Part shown: one piece after another, positions 21,031 through 31,311 of the stretch
Layout: every line of letters begins with the position of its first letter
How positions within the stretch are numbered: position 1 is the first letter of the stretch
Assembly: GCA_963817895.1 (NCBI GenBank)
Contig: CAWFQB010000001.1
Coordinates: forward strand, 1,184,001 to 1,248,000
DNA: 64,000 bases
Reading direction: 5' to 3'
DNA from: an uncultured Chthonomonadaceae bacterium
Lineage (GTDB): Bacteria > Armatimonadota > Chthonomonadetes > Chthonomonadales > Chthonomonadaceae
Translations under genes and position numbers: made by a program
The notes under the pieces: generated by a model
Databases searched by the model: none
The model's input: only the letters and a program-made list of their open reading frames with translations
What the model was told of the DNA's origin: nothing

Positions 21031-22062
21031 TCAACCGGCAACCGGTGCTGTGCCTTCGCCAACGGGCAACGCAGGCGCATTGATCCAGACGACGTCGGGT
21101 AACTGCCCCGCCTGCGGACGCTCTCGAAAGCGTTGCGGATGCGCGGCATAGGCGTTATCTAACGTGACTTGCCGCTGCGCCAATACCTGCGTTGCTTCGC
21201 CGAAATGCACCTGTTCGGGCGTAAGCAACACCAAGCCGGTATGGTGGTGGCACGTATTGTACCCGACAAAGTAGTCCTGGCAGAACGTCTGCGCGTCTTC
21301 CTGGCTGCTAAAGCGCTCCGGGAAGTAGGCGCTGTACTTCATCGTTTTGAACCCGGCTTCCGAGTACGGGTTGTCGTTGCTGACACGCGGGCGGCTGTGC
21401 GAACGGGTCACCTGCAACGAAAGTAAGAGCTGCGCTACCGACTGGCTTTTCATCGGCCCGCCGCGATCCGCATGGAGGGTGAGTTGGTTAGGCGCGATGT
21501 TGTATTTACGACAGGTTTCTTGCAGCAGCTTGTGCGCCAGGTATTGACACTCCCGGTCTGCGAGCATCCAGCCGACCACATAACGACTGTAGATGTCCAT
21601 AACCACATATAAGTAATAGAAGCGACCCCGAATGGGCGTCTTCAAGTAGGTGATGTCCCATGTCCACACCTGATTAGGGCCGGTTGCCTTAAGTTCAGGT
21701 TTGCTATACGCCGGATGCCTGCGAACCCGCCGACGCTCACAGATGGCTTGGTGTTCGTGCAGCAGGCGATACATCGTGCGATAGGAAGCGTGATACACGC
21801 CTTCTTGCAGCAATTGCGCATACACCTGCCGGGGCGAAGCGTCTACAAAGCGTTCCGACAAGAGTAGATTGAGCAACAGGGCGCGTTCCTCTTCCGACAA
21901 GCGGCGAGGAGAACCCCGTTGTGCTTTGGGAACAAGGACGCCTTCTTGGATTGTGCCCGTACCAGCGTGTTGCTCCCGGTAGAAGCGGGCGCGGCTCAGT
22001 TGCACCGCATCACAGGCGCGGCCAATCCCGGTCGTTGCGCCCGCTTCGGCAACCAGGCTTAT
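21031..22062 (-). CDS. IS3 transposase OrfB (DDE integrase core)
   Basis: PNQVWTWDITYL, MDIYSRYVVGW, HADRG, SNDNPYSEAGFKTMK. Confidence 0.95.
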   Translation of the reverse strand: MSLVAEAGATTGIGRACDAVQLSRARFYREQHAGTGTIQEGVLVPKAQRGSPRRLSEEERALLLNLLLSERFVDASPRQVYAQLLQEGVYHASYRTMYRLLHEHQAICERRRVRRHPAYSKPELKATGPNQVWTWDITYLKTPIRGRFYYLYVVMDIYSRYVVGWMLADRECQYLAHKLLQETCRKYNIAPNQLTLHADRGGPMKSQSVAQLLLSLQVTRSHSRPRVSNDNPYSEAGFKTMKYSAYFPERFSSQEDAQTFCQDYFVGYNTCHHHTGLVLLTPEQVHFGEATQVLAQRQVTLDNAYAAHPQRFRERPQAGQLPDVVWINAPALPVGEGTAPVAG

Positions 22063-22505
22063 TCGGGCGGCGTTTCTTCCAGTGTCAGGTCGAGCAAGGC
22101 CGCTACTTTTTTTTGGAGTTCCAGCAGAACGCGCAGTTTCTGGTTCTCGGTTTCCAGAGCGGCCATCCTGCGGGCATCGCGTTGGCGGGCGGCTTCTTTG
22201 TCTTTGCGCTGCTTCTGCGCCTGGGCAGAGTTCTTCTCGCCCAACTGACCCGCCTCGCGCAGTTTGCGGAAGTTGGCAAGCGTGGAGGAGTACAGCCCTT
22301 CGCGGCGAAGCAGCGCCCCCAACTCTCCCGGCTTGACGCAGGCGTCGGCTTCTTTAAGGATGCGCAGCTTGTACGCAGCGGTAAAGCGGCGGCGCGTGGG
22401 GCGCGTTTGCACCTGCGCCTCCGGGCGCAGCGCGGGGGAGGGCGCGCTGTGGTGTCCATTGTTGGTGAGGCGAGTGGTTGGGCTGTCTGTCAACGGCGTA
22501 TTCAT
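22059..22505 (-). CDS. IS3 transposase OrfA (HTH), with an A8G -1 frameshift site at 22106-22114
   Basis: RRRFTAAYKLRIL..AD...GELGALLRREGLYSS; the -1 frame from the A8G run stays open into OrfB. Confidence 0.9.
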   Translation of the reverse strand: MNTPLTDSPTTRLTNNGHHSAPSPALRPEAQVQTRPTRRRFTAAYKLRILKEADACVKPGELGALLRREGLYSSTLANFRKLREAGQLGEKNSAQAQKQRKDKEAARQRDARRMAALETENQKLRVLLELQKKVAALLDLTLEETPPE

Positions 22506-23776
22506 CTGAGAAATCCATTCTCCGCCCTGGCGATCTACACTATTTCGTGTACGGGATTTTGTCTCAACCTATTGTGGCACACAGGGGTTTATCTTGGATT
22601 TGGACTACGTGATCCAGATTTTATCTTATTACGTGATGTTCTTGCCAATACATGGAAAGGCGGAGTGCGAGATCATTACGCCGTTATGGCTGATGTAGGG
22701 GCGGGTGAAATCAACTACTGGCGCAAAAACTACGGGATTCACCTGATTACATATCAAACAACGGAGCGGCCTGAAGGAGGGCGCGACCACTCAAATTTGT
22801 TAGCTCTCCTTGATGATCTAGCTGCGCCAAAGCTATCTGAGGCTCAGCCAGATAATTCAGCAGACGACCGATCATCTTTAATTTTGCCTCTACTACGTTA
22901 CGCAAACGGCTTAACTCACGTCAATTTAGTTACACCAGAGTGGCCTTTGCGCGTTCACACTGCCAGAAACTTCAAAACTTACAACACTGAAATTTTCTTC
23001 AATTCATGGGATCATAAATCGATCAGTACATTCTTGGATGAGGGGCCACAACGCGCTTTACTTGTTGGCTTGCCGGGGTCGGGTAAGACTTACAGGTTCC
23101 AACAAGCCGCCGCACGGCTGGCTCAGAATTTGCATGACGCATGTTTAGCAGATTCGCCGTTGCTCGATGACGCAATCATTCCTATCTTAGCCGATATGAA
23201 ATTGTACACAGGCGACTTAGTTACCCTTCTTGAAGCCAACCTCCCCGCAGAAGTAACTTTCACGAGTATCGCTGACCAATTTCGCGTAAAGGTGTTTTTG
23301 GACTCATTCAACGAGATGCCGCGTGATCCGTGGGAGCGCGGCTCCCACGAGAGAGATTTCACAACATTTCTAAACAAGTTTCCAGCCGTCAGCATAATTG
23401 TTGGCTCACGCTCTGACGATGGTCTTGGGAGGTTTGAACTACCTACCTACGCCTTAGATCAGATAGATGAAAACTTTCTTATTCAAGAACTCGAACGTCG
23501 TAAGATTTCATCTTGCTGGTCGCTTTAAGCGCGAACTCCTTGCACTATTGCAAAAGCCTTTTTATTTCCAGTTGGTTGCTAGCGGTGCGGTCCAAATTCC
23601 ATCCTACCCCCATCCACGAGACTTCTATCGTTCATATTTCGAGAACCTTTCATTGGCTTTCTCCGAACGCTTCGGTGCATCGTTAGATTTAGAGCAAATG
23701 TTATCCGTAGCTGCCTATGAGGCTATCAACAAGGGCGAAGAAGCGCAGCCAGTCCAGCTATTCTTTCAGGCGCTAA

Positions 23777-23899
23777 TGGACAAACCAGATAAAGATTGTA
23801 CTATGGCGGGGTTCCGAGTGTTGAAAACACCCGTCTGAGTGGCGTTCCGCCAAGCGTCCTACGGACGCGGGATTGTACAATGTCCAAGTGGTTTGTCCA
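23777..23899. mobile_element. 123-bp MITE with TAA target-site duplication
   Basis: tggacaaacca ... tggtttgtcca termini; TAA at 23774-76 and 23900-02; removal restores FFQAL-RKEMQ in frame. Confidence 0.88.
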
Positions 23900-25828
23900 T
23901 AAGAAAAGAGATGCAGTCTACAGGTATCAGCGATATCACCGTAGATGAAGTCACACAATGGCTCGTCAGTAAGTCTGTCCTTTTGCCATATTCAGGAAGT
24001 CGGGTCGCGTTCTTTCATCAATCCGTGACCGAGTATCTAGCAGCGGGTGAACTTGCTAGCCGATATCAAGACTCCCCTCAAATGCTGAGAGAAAAACTGA
24101 CCCTTACGCGATGGGATCAAGCACTTTTTCTAGCGTTGAGTAGGTTGCCAGCTACAGAGGCAGATGCTTTTCTTGGCGCAGTTGCAGACGCTGACTTTTC
24201 ACTGGCATTAAGAGCAACAAAATATGTTGAAACCAACGTGGAACAGATTGTTGAGAAATTGCTTTCAGAGGTTCCTAACCGCATAGAAACTCGCAACGAT
24301 TTCTACCATCATTTCGAATATGCTCTACAGGTTCATGTACCTGTATCAGCAATCCATGAGCCAGTTCTACGCGCAATTGCAAATTGCGGGAATTCTATTG
24401 GTGCTTCTGCAATGGAGCGCTTATTTGAACTGAAGGGGGTTTCATTCAAAGATGAATTACTCCAATCCCTCGTTGAACGGCGTTCTGATTTTAACTACTG
24501 TTCTGCAATCGGGCGATTTTTTAAATCCTACATCACCAATGAGGATATTAAACGCATTTCAGAATTGGCCGACGCTATTGAATGTGAAATGGATGATGAT
24601 CCAGATAATTCAGCCACTCACGGCTTTATTGCAGGTGCTGCGGAGTTGCTAGGTAACGCTGATGTAGAAATCGTAGCAAGTGTGTTTTGTACGAACACTG
24701 CGGATCGAGAGCCTTCTCGCGCTCACACCCGCATTGTCTTGGATTATCTACGAAGCCAGCACTCGACAGCATCTTTAGAATTTGCTGCTGATTTGCTAAT
24801 GCATGGTGTCGACGAGGCAGCAACTACAATTTACTTCATTGCTCGATTTTGCAAGAACAAAAGCTCTCTTCATTGGGATGTGTTTGGAAAGCCACATGTT
24901 GAACGTCTAATTGGCCTGTGCAAAAATACCAAGAATACGTCTTGGGGGCTTCCTGCATTAAAGTGCCTTTGTGAAGTGCGAAATGACATAGCTGATGTAG
25001 TCAAAGAATGTGCCGTACATACTGTTGGGTTGACCAAAGTTGCACTGCTTTATGCTGGGTATGGACAAGAGACAGAGCCAGTTTTCGCTGCGTTAAGCGA
25101 AGTTTTACATATGAATCGAGAAGAGTTATTGGCAGAAAATTCATTACTTCTGCAACAATTGGAGTTGAACTGGATAGGCCACGAAGGCCTTTTTGTCCAA
25201 TTGCTCAAGTTGCGTAATTCAATCTTTGCCTTCCACCTCATTGATGGCGTTGCAATGCACAATGAAAAAGAACATATTGGAGTAATTGAAATTGGAGCCA
25301 TAGAGTGGTGGTTGGAGTGGCTATCTTCTAAAGTTAATCCAGAAAAGCACTGGTGGTTTCAAAATCGCCTTTCCCTGCTCTTTGCCTATGCGCTGAAAAC
25401 TGAAACAAAAGACGCTTTCCTTGCAGAGTTCAATAAGAGGGGATCGATATATCGGGAGGTTTTGGCTCAGACTATCCTGTTGGCTCGTGCTGATCTATCT
25501 ACAGATGACTTCAGCGAAGACGCCCTCTCCTACCTATTACAGAGTTTATTGGAAAGTAGCGCTAATATATCACTGGGCCACCTTTTAGGACATACCGCAA
25601 CAGAGACATTTGTAACTGAACGCCTTATGCCTCTTTATTTAACTGCGCAGGAGCCACTCAAGACTAATCTAATGGCTATCTTAGCACAAGCAGGGTCCCG
25701 ACATGGACGCCGATATATCCTATCATAGAAATTGGTGATAGGTTCAGAAGAGGCTTCCGAATAATGAATCTATAGATTTTGTATCTTCTGCGACAGTATA
25801 TCATGCCTGATTACGCGAGCCCAAAGGC

Positions 25829-25867
25829 AAAAGCGTAGGTTTCCCAATATTTGGAAACCTACGCTTT
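25829..25867. terminator. Hairpin/terminator between convergent genes; degenerate copy at 19439-19474
   Basis: aaagcgtaggtttcc-caatattt-ggaaacctacgcttt. Confidence 0.75.
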
Positions 25868-25887
25868 ACTGCATCAAGGGTGGCAAG

Positions 25888-27307
25888 TTACGCTTTAGGC
25901 GCGATGCCTTTGTAGGCAGCGTCGGCCAGTCCGGGGAGTTCGCCGTCGCTGTCGCCGAAACTGCTGACGGGGACGCCCATGCGGGTCGCCATGCCCCGGT
26001 ACAGGTCGCACAGGGGCGTGTTCTTGCCATAGACAAGATGCCGCCCGGTTGCCAGCGTGTCGCCGCCCCTGTCCGGCCAGTACCATCGGCAGGTTGTGCG
26101 GGTCGTGGGCGTTGCCGTCCTTCATGCCGCTGCCGAGCAACACCATGCTGTTGGCAAGCAGGTTGCTGTCGCCCTCGTTGATCGCCTTCATCTTTTCCAG
26201 CATATAGGCGTACTGCTGCAAGTGCCAGATGTTGATGCGCTTGTACTCTTCCAGTTTCGTCTTGTCGTTGGAATGGTGCGAAATCTCGTGGTGGCTGCCC
26301 GACACGCCGGGTAAAAACGAGAAGTTTTTGCCGCTCACCTCGTTGCCGAACATGAACGTCGCCACGCGCGTCGAATCCGTCCAGAAGGCGAGTACCATCA
26401 GGTCGAGCATCAAGCGCACCTGTTCGGTATGGTCAATGCGCTCGTGCAGTTGCGCCGAATCCTTGTAGTAGTCCGTAATCCGCTTACCGAGTTTTTCCAC
26501 TTCCGCTTTCGCCAGCGCGTCATCGGAATAGTGGGCTTTGCGCCGCGCCGCGTCGAACGCGATCCGCTTTTCTACCGAACGAACCGACTCGAAATACTCT
26601 TCCAGTTTCAGTTTGTCGGCCTGCCCGATCTTGTTGTTCAGGCTTTTGGCGTCGTCCATCACCGCATCCAACACGCTCATGTCGTTCTGATTGGACGATT
26701 TGGCGGCAAGCGTGGAGCGGAACAGGCGGTCGAACGCAAGCTGCGGGTTGATTTCGCGGGTGACGGGCGTTGTCGGCGTACTCCACGAGATATGCGAACC
26801 GTACAAAGCCGTCAGGCCGACATTGGTATCCACATACGTTGTCGGCGGTTCCACGCTGAGTTCGAGCGAAGGCAGGGGCGTCAGGTTGCCGATATGCTGC
26901 GCGACAAGCTGATCCAGCGACACGCCGCCACAGCGCAGATTGCTGCCGGTTGTTTTCGTGATGTGCGTCCCCGTCAGCCAGGGCGCGACTTTGAAGTAGT
27001 GTCCGTCGCCGTCGTTGCTCTGCTTGTTCATCAGTTCCGTGAACACCAGAATGTCGGATTTGACGTTTTGCAGCGGTGACAGAATAGGCGATAATTCAAA
27101 ATCCGCGCCCGCGCCCTGCGGCATCCACTCATGCGGATTGACGCCGTTCGGCATATACAGCGCGGCCATGCGAACCGGCGGCTTGACCACTTTTCCGGCG
27201 GCAAACGCGGTTCCTGCCTGCATAGATTCCAGAAATGGCAGGCACAAACTCACGCCCAATCCCTTCAGCACGGTTCGGCGCGTCAATTGCGGGTTTTCAA
27301 ACGACAT
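25888..27307 (-). CDS. DUF1552 (HXXSHH) protein with Tat-like signal; indel near 26065
   Basis: LTRRTVLKGLGVSLCLPFLESM, YMPNG, PSLEL, TDSTRVATF, SHHEISHH, DGNAH. Confidence 0.9.
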
Positions 27308-27319
27308 ACTTATCTCCTG

Positions 27320-27419
27320 TAGCCCTCCATCCCCGGCCCTTCCTCCCAATTCTGGGAGGAAGGGAGCAATCTCAGTTCCCCTCTCTTGGAATTGGGAGAG
27401 GGGTTAGGGGTGAGGGCTA
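27320..27419. repeat. Palindromic CCCTC(A)CCCC...GGGGTGAGGG repeat inside the DUF1592-DUF1552 operon
   Basis: agccctccatccccggccc...ggggttaggggtgagggct with internal hairpins. Confidence 0.8.
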
Positions 27420-29355
27420 TTCTTTCCTGTACAAAAACGGATAACTCTTCACTATGCCGCGTATCAGAAGGGAACTGCGATAATCGTTCTTCGCCAGTTC
27501 TTGGGTGATTTTGCGGACGGCGGGCAGGTCGTAGGGTTCTAGGCCCCGGCCCAGCGCGTAAGCCAGCATTTTTTCGGTCAGGTTGCGAGCAAACTCGTCC
27601 TTTTGCGTCAGCAGGACTTGCTTCAGTTCCGTTGCGCCCGTGAACTTTTCGCCTGTTGTCAGGACGCCGGACGCATCTACGGGTTTGCCGCCAATGTCCG
27701 TCCGCCATTTGCCCGTCGCGTCGTAGTTTTCCAGTCCGAAGCCAATGGGGTCCATGCGGGCGTGGCAGCCGGCGCACTCCGGCTTGCTGCGGTGCAGTTC
27801 TAATCGCTGCCGGAACGTGATACCGCCTTTGGGCGCGTCATCGGGCGAAAGCGTGGCGACAACCGGCGGCGGAGGCGGAACGGACGCGCCCAACACTTCC
27901 GACAATACCCACTTGCCGCGCAAAACGGGACTGGTGCGCAGCGGGTACGAGGTCAGGGTTAAGATGCTCGCCTGCGTCAAAATTCCGCCGCGCCGATGGT
28001 CGGACAGGGACACGCGCCGCATCTGCGGGCCGGTCACGCCGTCAATGCCGTAATGCTTCGCAAGGTCTTCATTAACATACGTGTAATCGGCGTCCAGCAG
28101 GCGCAGCAGGCTGGCATCATCCTGAACGACGGACGCGAAAAAGTCAATGGTTTCGCCGTACATCGCGTCGCGCAGTTCGGGCGTGTACGCGGGGAACCGG
28201 CGCGTGTCGGGCTTGGCGGACGTGTACAGGTCACGCGCCTTCAGCCACTGTCCGGCAAACTGATCCGCGAACGCATGTGATTTGGGACTTTTCAGCATCC
28301 GCGCAATCTGCTGATCCAATATGACGGGCAGATGCAGCCGTTTTTGCGCCGCCAATCCGAACAACTCCTGATCCGGCATGGACGACCACAAAAAGTAAGA
28401 CAGGCGGTTGGCGATCTCGTAATCATTCAGCGGGTAAGCGTCCTGCGCGGGCCGACTCTGTTCAGCGCGGAATAAGAAATTCGGCGAAACCAGAACGGCT
28501 TTCAGCGCGAACTTCACGCTGTTGTCAAAACCTTCGTTCCGTTTGGCAGCCGCATCGTACAGGCGTAATAGCCGTTCCACTTCCGTTGCATCGGCGGGGC
28601 GGCGGTAACCTAATGTGGCGTAGCGGCTGAGAAGTTTGGCGCGCGGCTTCGCGGGCGGGAACGGTTTTGCCGGGACGGACAACAAACAAACGTTCCGGTT
28701 TGGTTTCCGCCAGTATGTCGGTTGCCGCCTGCAAATAGCGTTCCATTAAAATCGGCGGCACGAACAGAGTATCCGCGTTGTTGTCGAAACCGCCGCCCCC
28801 GCCGCCATCGGCAGGAAATTTATCGGCGGGATTGGAGGAAACGCCGAACAATTCGCGAACCGTATTGTTGTACTCCACGCGGCTCAACCGGTGCAGTAGA
28901 ACCCGGCCCGGATTTTTGGGCAGCAGGCTGTCGTCCGCGCTTGCCAATGTATGTCCGATCCACACGGAAAGCAGGTCGCGCTGTTCCATCGAAGGCTGCG
29001 GCGAACGAGCGGGCGGCATCGAGCGTCCCCGAACCTGCGCCAGAACCTTGCGCCACGTCGTTTGATCGCGCTGAATGGCGGCAACGTCGGCGTATTTCGT
29101 CAGGCTCACGCCCGCCGCGAAATTGGCCGCGCCGTGACAACTGATGCAATACTGCTGAAGCAGCGGCTTGATCTGTTTGTCATACGCGGCGGTATCAACT
29201 GGAGGCGTTTGCGCGATTTTAGGCTCGTCCGCGCCCCGCGCCCAAACCGCGCCAAACAGCAGGACGGGCAAAGTCAGCGGCACGGCAAAGCGCAGCGAAC
29301 GATGTGAGACAAGCAAACGGCAAATTCGTGCTGAAAACAAGGGCATTTCTCGCAA
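27417..29355 (-). CDS. DUF1592/DUF1588-type multi-domain protein with c-type heme motifs; indel near 28640
   Basis: CISCHG, HRLSRVEYNNTVR, VLVSPNFLF, RLSYFLWSSMPD, TSPVLRGKW, CAGCH..MDPIGFGLENYD. Confidence 0.9.
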
Positions 29356-29462
29356 AACGGGTTAAAATAAAGGTGAATTCTACTCCTATATGATACAACA
29401 TGCGGGCGAAGGTTGCAGGTTTTGTTCGCATGGGGTGTCTTGTCGCAAGGTGGGGCAAAGTC

Positions 29463-31157
29463 ATGCGTTCTTCATCGGGGCTATGTGGTTTCTTTCGATT
29501 GTTACTGCTTGCCCTTACCGCGATTTTCATACCAGGCGTTTCGCTATCTGTTCCCGTTTTCAGGCAGGCAACTCCGCAGCCGGTAAATCCAACAACAGCA
29601 CAGCCACCTGTACCGCCAAAACATGATCGTCTTGAGAATCTCAAACCCCAACCAAGCGGGTCGGGAGTGGTTGTGTGCGCCCCGGTTCCCACAGGAGCGG
29701 ACGCCGCGCTTGCCGAGTTCGGCGATGGATGCGGAGAGCTAATACAGTGGCACCTGTCTAATTACGGGACGCTGGGCAAAATGCCGATGCTGGATCGCGT
29801 CTTTGAAACCATGAAGAACAACAAGTTGCCGAACTTGCGTCTGCATGACAACGCGGCGCGGGCGTTCGGCAAGGCTATGGGCGTGACGCATGTTGTCACG
29901 GGAACTATAACGGGCAATCAGAAGCAGTGTACTCTCACCTATCAGCTGATTGCCCTTGCTGCCGGGAAAGCCGCCGGAGAACCCATACGCCTTTCGGGAA
30001 CCCCGGAAGAGGTCGTGGGGCAATTGCCACAAACGATTCAAACGCTGGCGAAGCAGCTGGACATTAAGTTCCCGGTCATGCCATCTATGACGCGCCTGAA
30101 TTGGGATGATGTCCGCGCTATCGGGCATTACGACTGGAATACGCTTGCCGACATTCCCCGCGCAGAAGCGGCGCGGCTGGCGCAGGCGGGCGCGCATAAC
30201 TCGCTGGCGGCCTTTATGGTAAAGTCCAAATCGCTCTGGATGAGCGATGAGGAGGAGGCCAAAGCGCAGGCGGTGTTGAACGAAGCCGCCCCGAAGCACC
30301 TTCTCCTGCTTGCCGAACTGGTGATTGCGCTGTCCGCGCCCCCGGAAAAGTATGCGACTGAAATTCAAAATTTTCACGATTCGTATTCTATGAACTTCAT
30401 CGCAAGTCTGCTGTACTCTCGTCTGGAACGAACGCGAGGAGACAAACATGGGGAGGAGGCGATAGCAGCGTGGGCTGTGGTTTGCGCGATAGATAATCCT
30501 CAATCCTGGATGACTCTGGCGCAGGTTATTTCCCGTCGCGCTGAGGAACTTCGCGGCGGTCGGGTTATTGGCGACATAAGCGCCAATGACATGTTGAATT
30601 TGCAATACGCATACGAGGAACGGACGTCGGCTCTGACGCATGCCCTCGCCCTGTCCCCTCAGAATGGACGCGCCTGGCAAGCGTTTGCCGTAGCCGCCAC
30701 CTTCCTGGGGGATGAGCAATCGGCTACGGGCGCGTTCCGGCAGGCTGTGGCATTGCAACCCGACTCGTTTGAAACGCTCTACTGGGGCACGGAAATGTTT
30801 CAGCCGAAATGGTTTGACAGGCGCGGGGAACTGGTGAAAGTCCTTGCGGCGATACAATCCGCGCATTTTCAATTCGCTGAAGAGGCCTTGCAGATGGCGG
30901 CGCATTTGGAGGACATGGAGCAGTCCGGTTTGCTGGACCCGTCGCAAAAACGCGGGCAGAAGTTAATCGCCGCATACGCCGCCCGAACCGAAGCGCAGCT
31001 CAAACGTTCGCCGGACAGTGTGCTTTGCTACCGTAATCTGACGACTCTGTACACCGCTACGGGACGCAAGAAGGAGGCTCTCGCCCTGTTCAAAGAGTGG
31101 GTGGCTAAAGGGCCGAAACGCGCTGCCGTCGAGCAGAAAATGATGGAACTGCAATAA
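29463..31157 (+). CDS. Secreted TPR-containing hypothetical protein
   Basis: Long ORF, N-terminal hydrophobic segment, TPR-like A..L.P...W repeats; start uncertain. Confidence 0.65.
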   Translation: MRSSSGLCGFFRLLLLALTAIFIPGVSLSVPVFRQATPQPVNPTTAQPPVPPKHDRLENLKPQPSGSGVVVCAPVPTGADAALAEFGDGCGELIQWHLSNYGTLGKMPMLDRVFETMKNNKLPNLRLHDNAARAFGKAMGVTHVVTGTITGNQKQCTLTYQLIALAAGKAAGEPIRLSGTPEEVVGQLPQTIQTLAKQLDIKFPVMPSMTRLNWDDVRAIGHYDWNTLADIPRAEAARLAQAGAHNSLAAFMVKSKSLWMSDEEEAKAQAVLNEAAPKHLLLLAELVIALSAPPEKYATEIQNFHDSYSMNFIASLLYSRLERTRGDKHGEEAIAAWAVVCAIDNPQSWMTLAQVISRRAEELRGGRVIGDISANDMLNLQYAYEERTSALTHALALSPQNGRAWQAFAVAATFLGDEQSATGAFRQAVALQPDSFETLYWGTEMFQPKWFDRRGELVKVLAAIQSAHFQFAEEALQMAAHLEDMEQSGLLDPSQKRGQKLIAAYAARTEAQLKRSPDSVLCYRNLTTLYTATGRKKEALALFKEWVAKGPKRAAVEQKMMELQ

Positions 31158-31311
31158 GGCTGTTTTCGAGAAGCCCTCAACCCCTGGCCCCTTCTCCCAA
31201 AAAAGCCTGGGAGAAGGGGAAATGCGGAATCTGGGGGAAGGGGAACCTGTTGGATAGGCTGTTTTCAACAGAGATATTTCACAAATACAATTGCAGGCGA
31301 GGGACACAAAT

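Larger units (their letters stand above)
20961..22585 (-). mobile_element. IS3-family insertion sequence
   Basis: GGTT direct repeats at 20957-60 and 22586-89; imperfect terminal IRs sharing ttgagacaaaa; removal restores TRRVV-YLGFG. Confidence 0.92.
20370..25728 (+). pseudogene. SIR2-like + NACHT/STAND NTPase + helical C-terminal protein, interrupted by IS3, a MITE and one indel near 23508
   Basis: VLFIGSGIS..LPSW, ITTNYD, KPHG, [IS] YLGFGLRDPDF; GLPGSGKT, VFLDSFNE, IIVGSR, FFHQSVTEYLAA; AT-richer than the flanks. Confidence 0.88.

Noticed and set aside
21921..23528. 535-aa plus-strand ORF as a real gene
   Set aside because: Chimera of IS3 antisense sequence and the resumed SIR2-NACHT frame from 22586
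23836..23838. Selenocysteine or read-through at in-frame TGA codons (also 59519)
   Set aside because: The first lies inside the MITE; the second sits in a gene with other damage and at a Trp-like position
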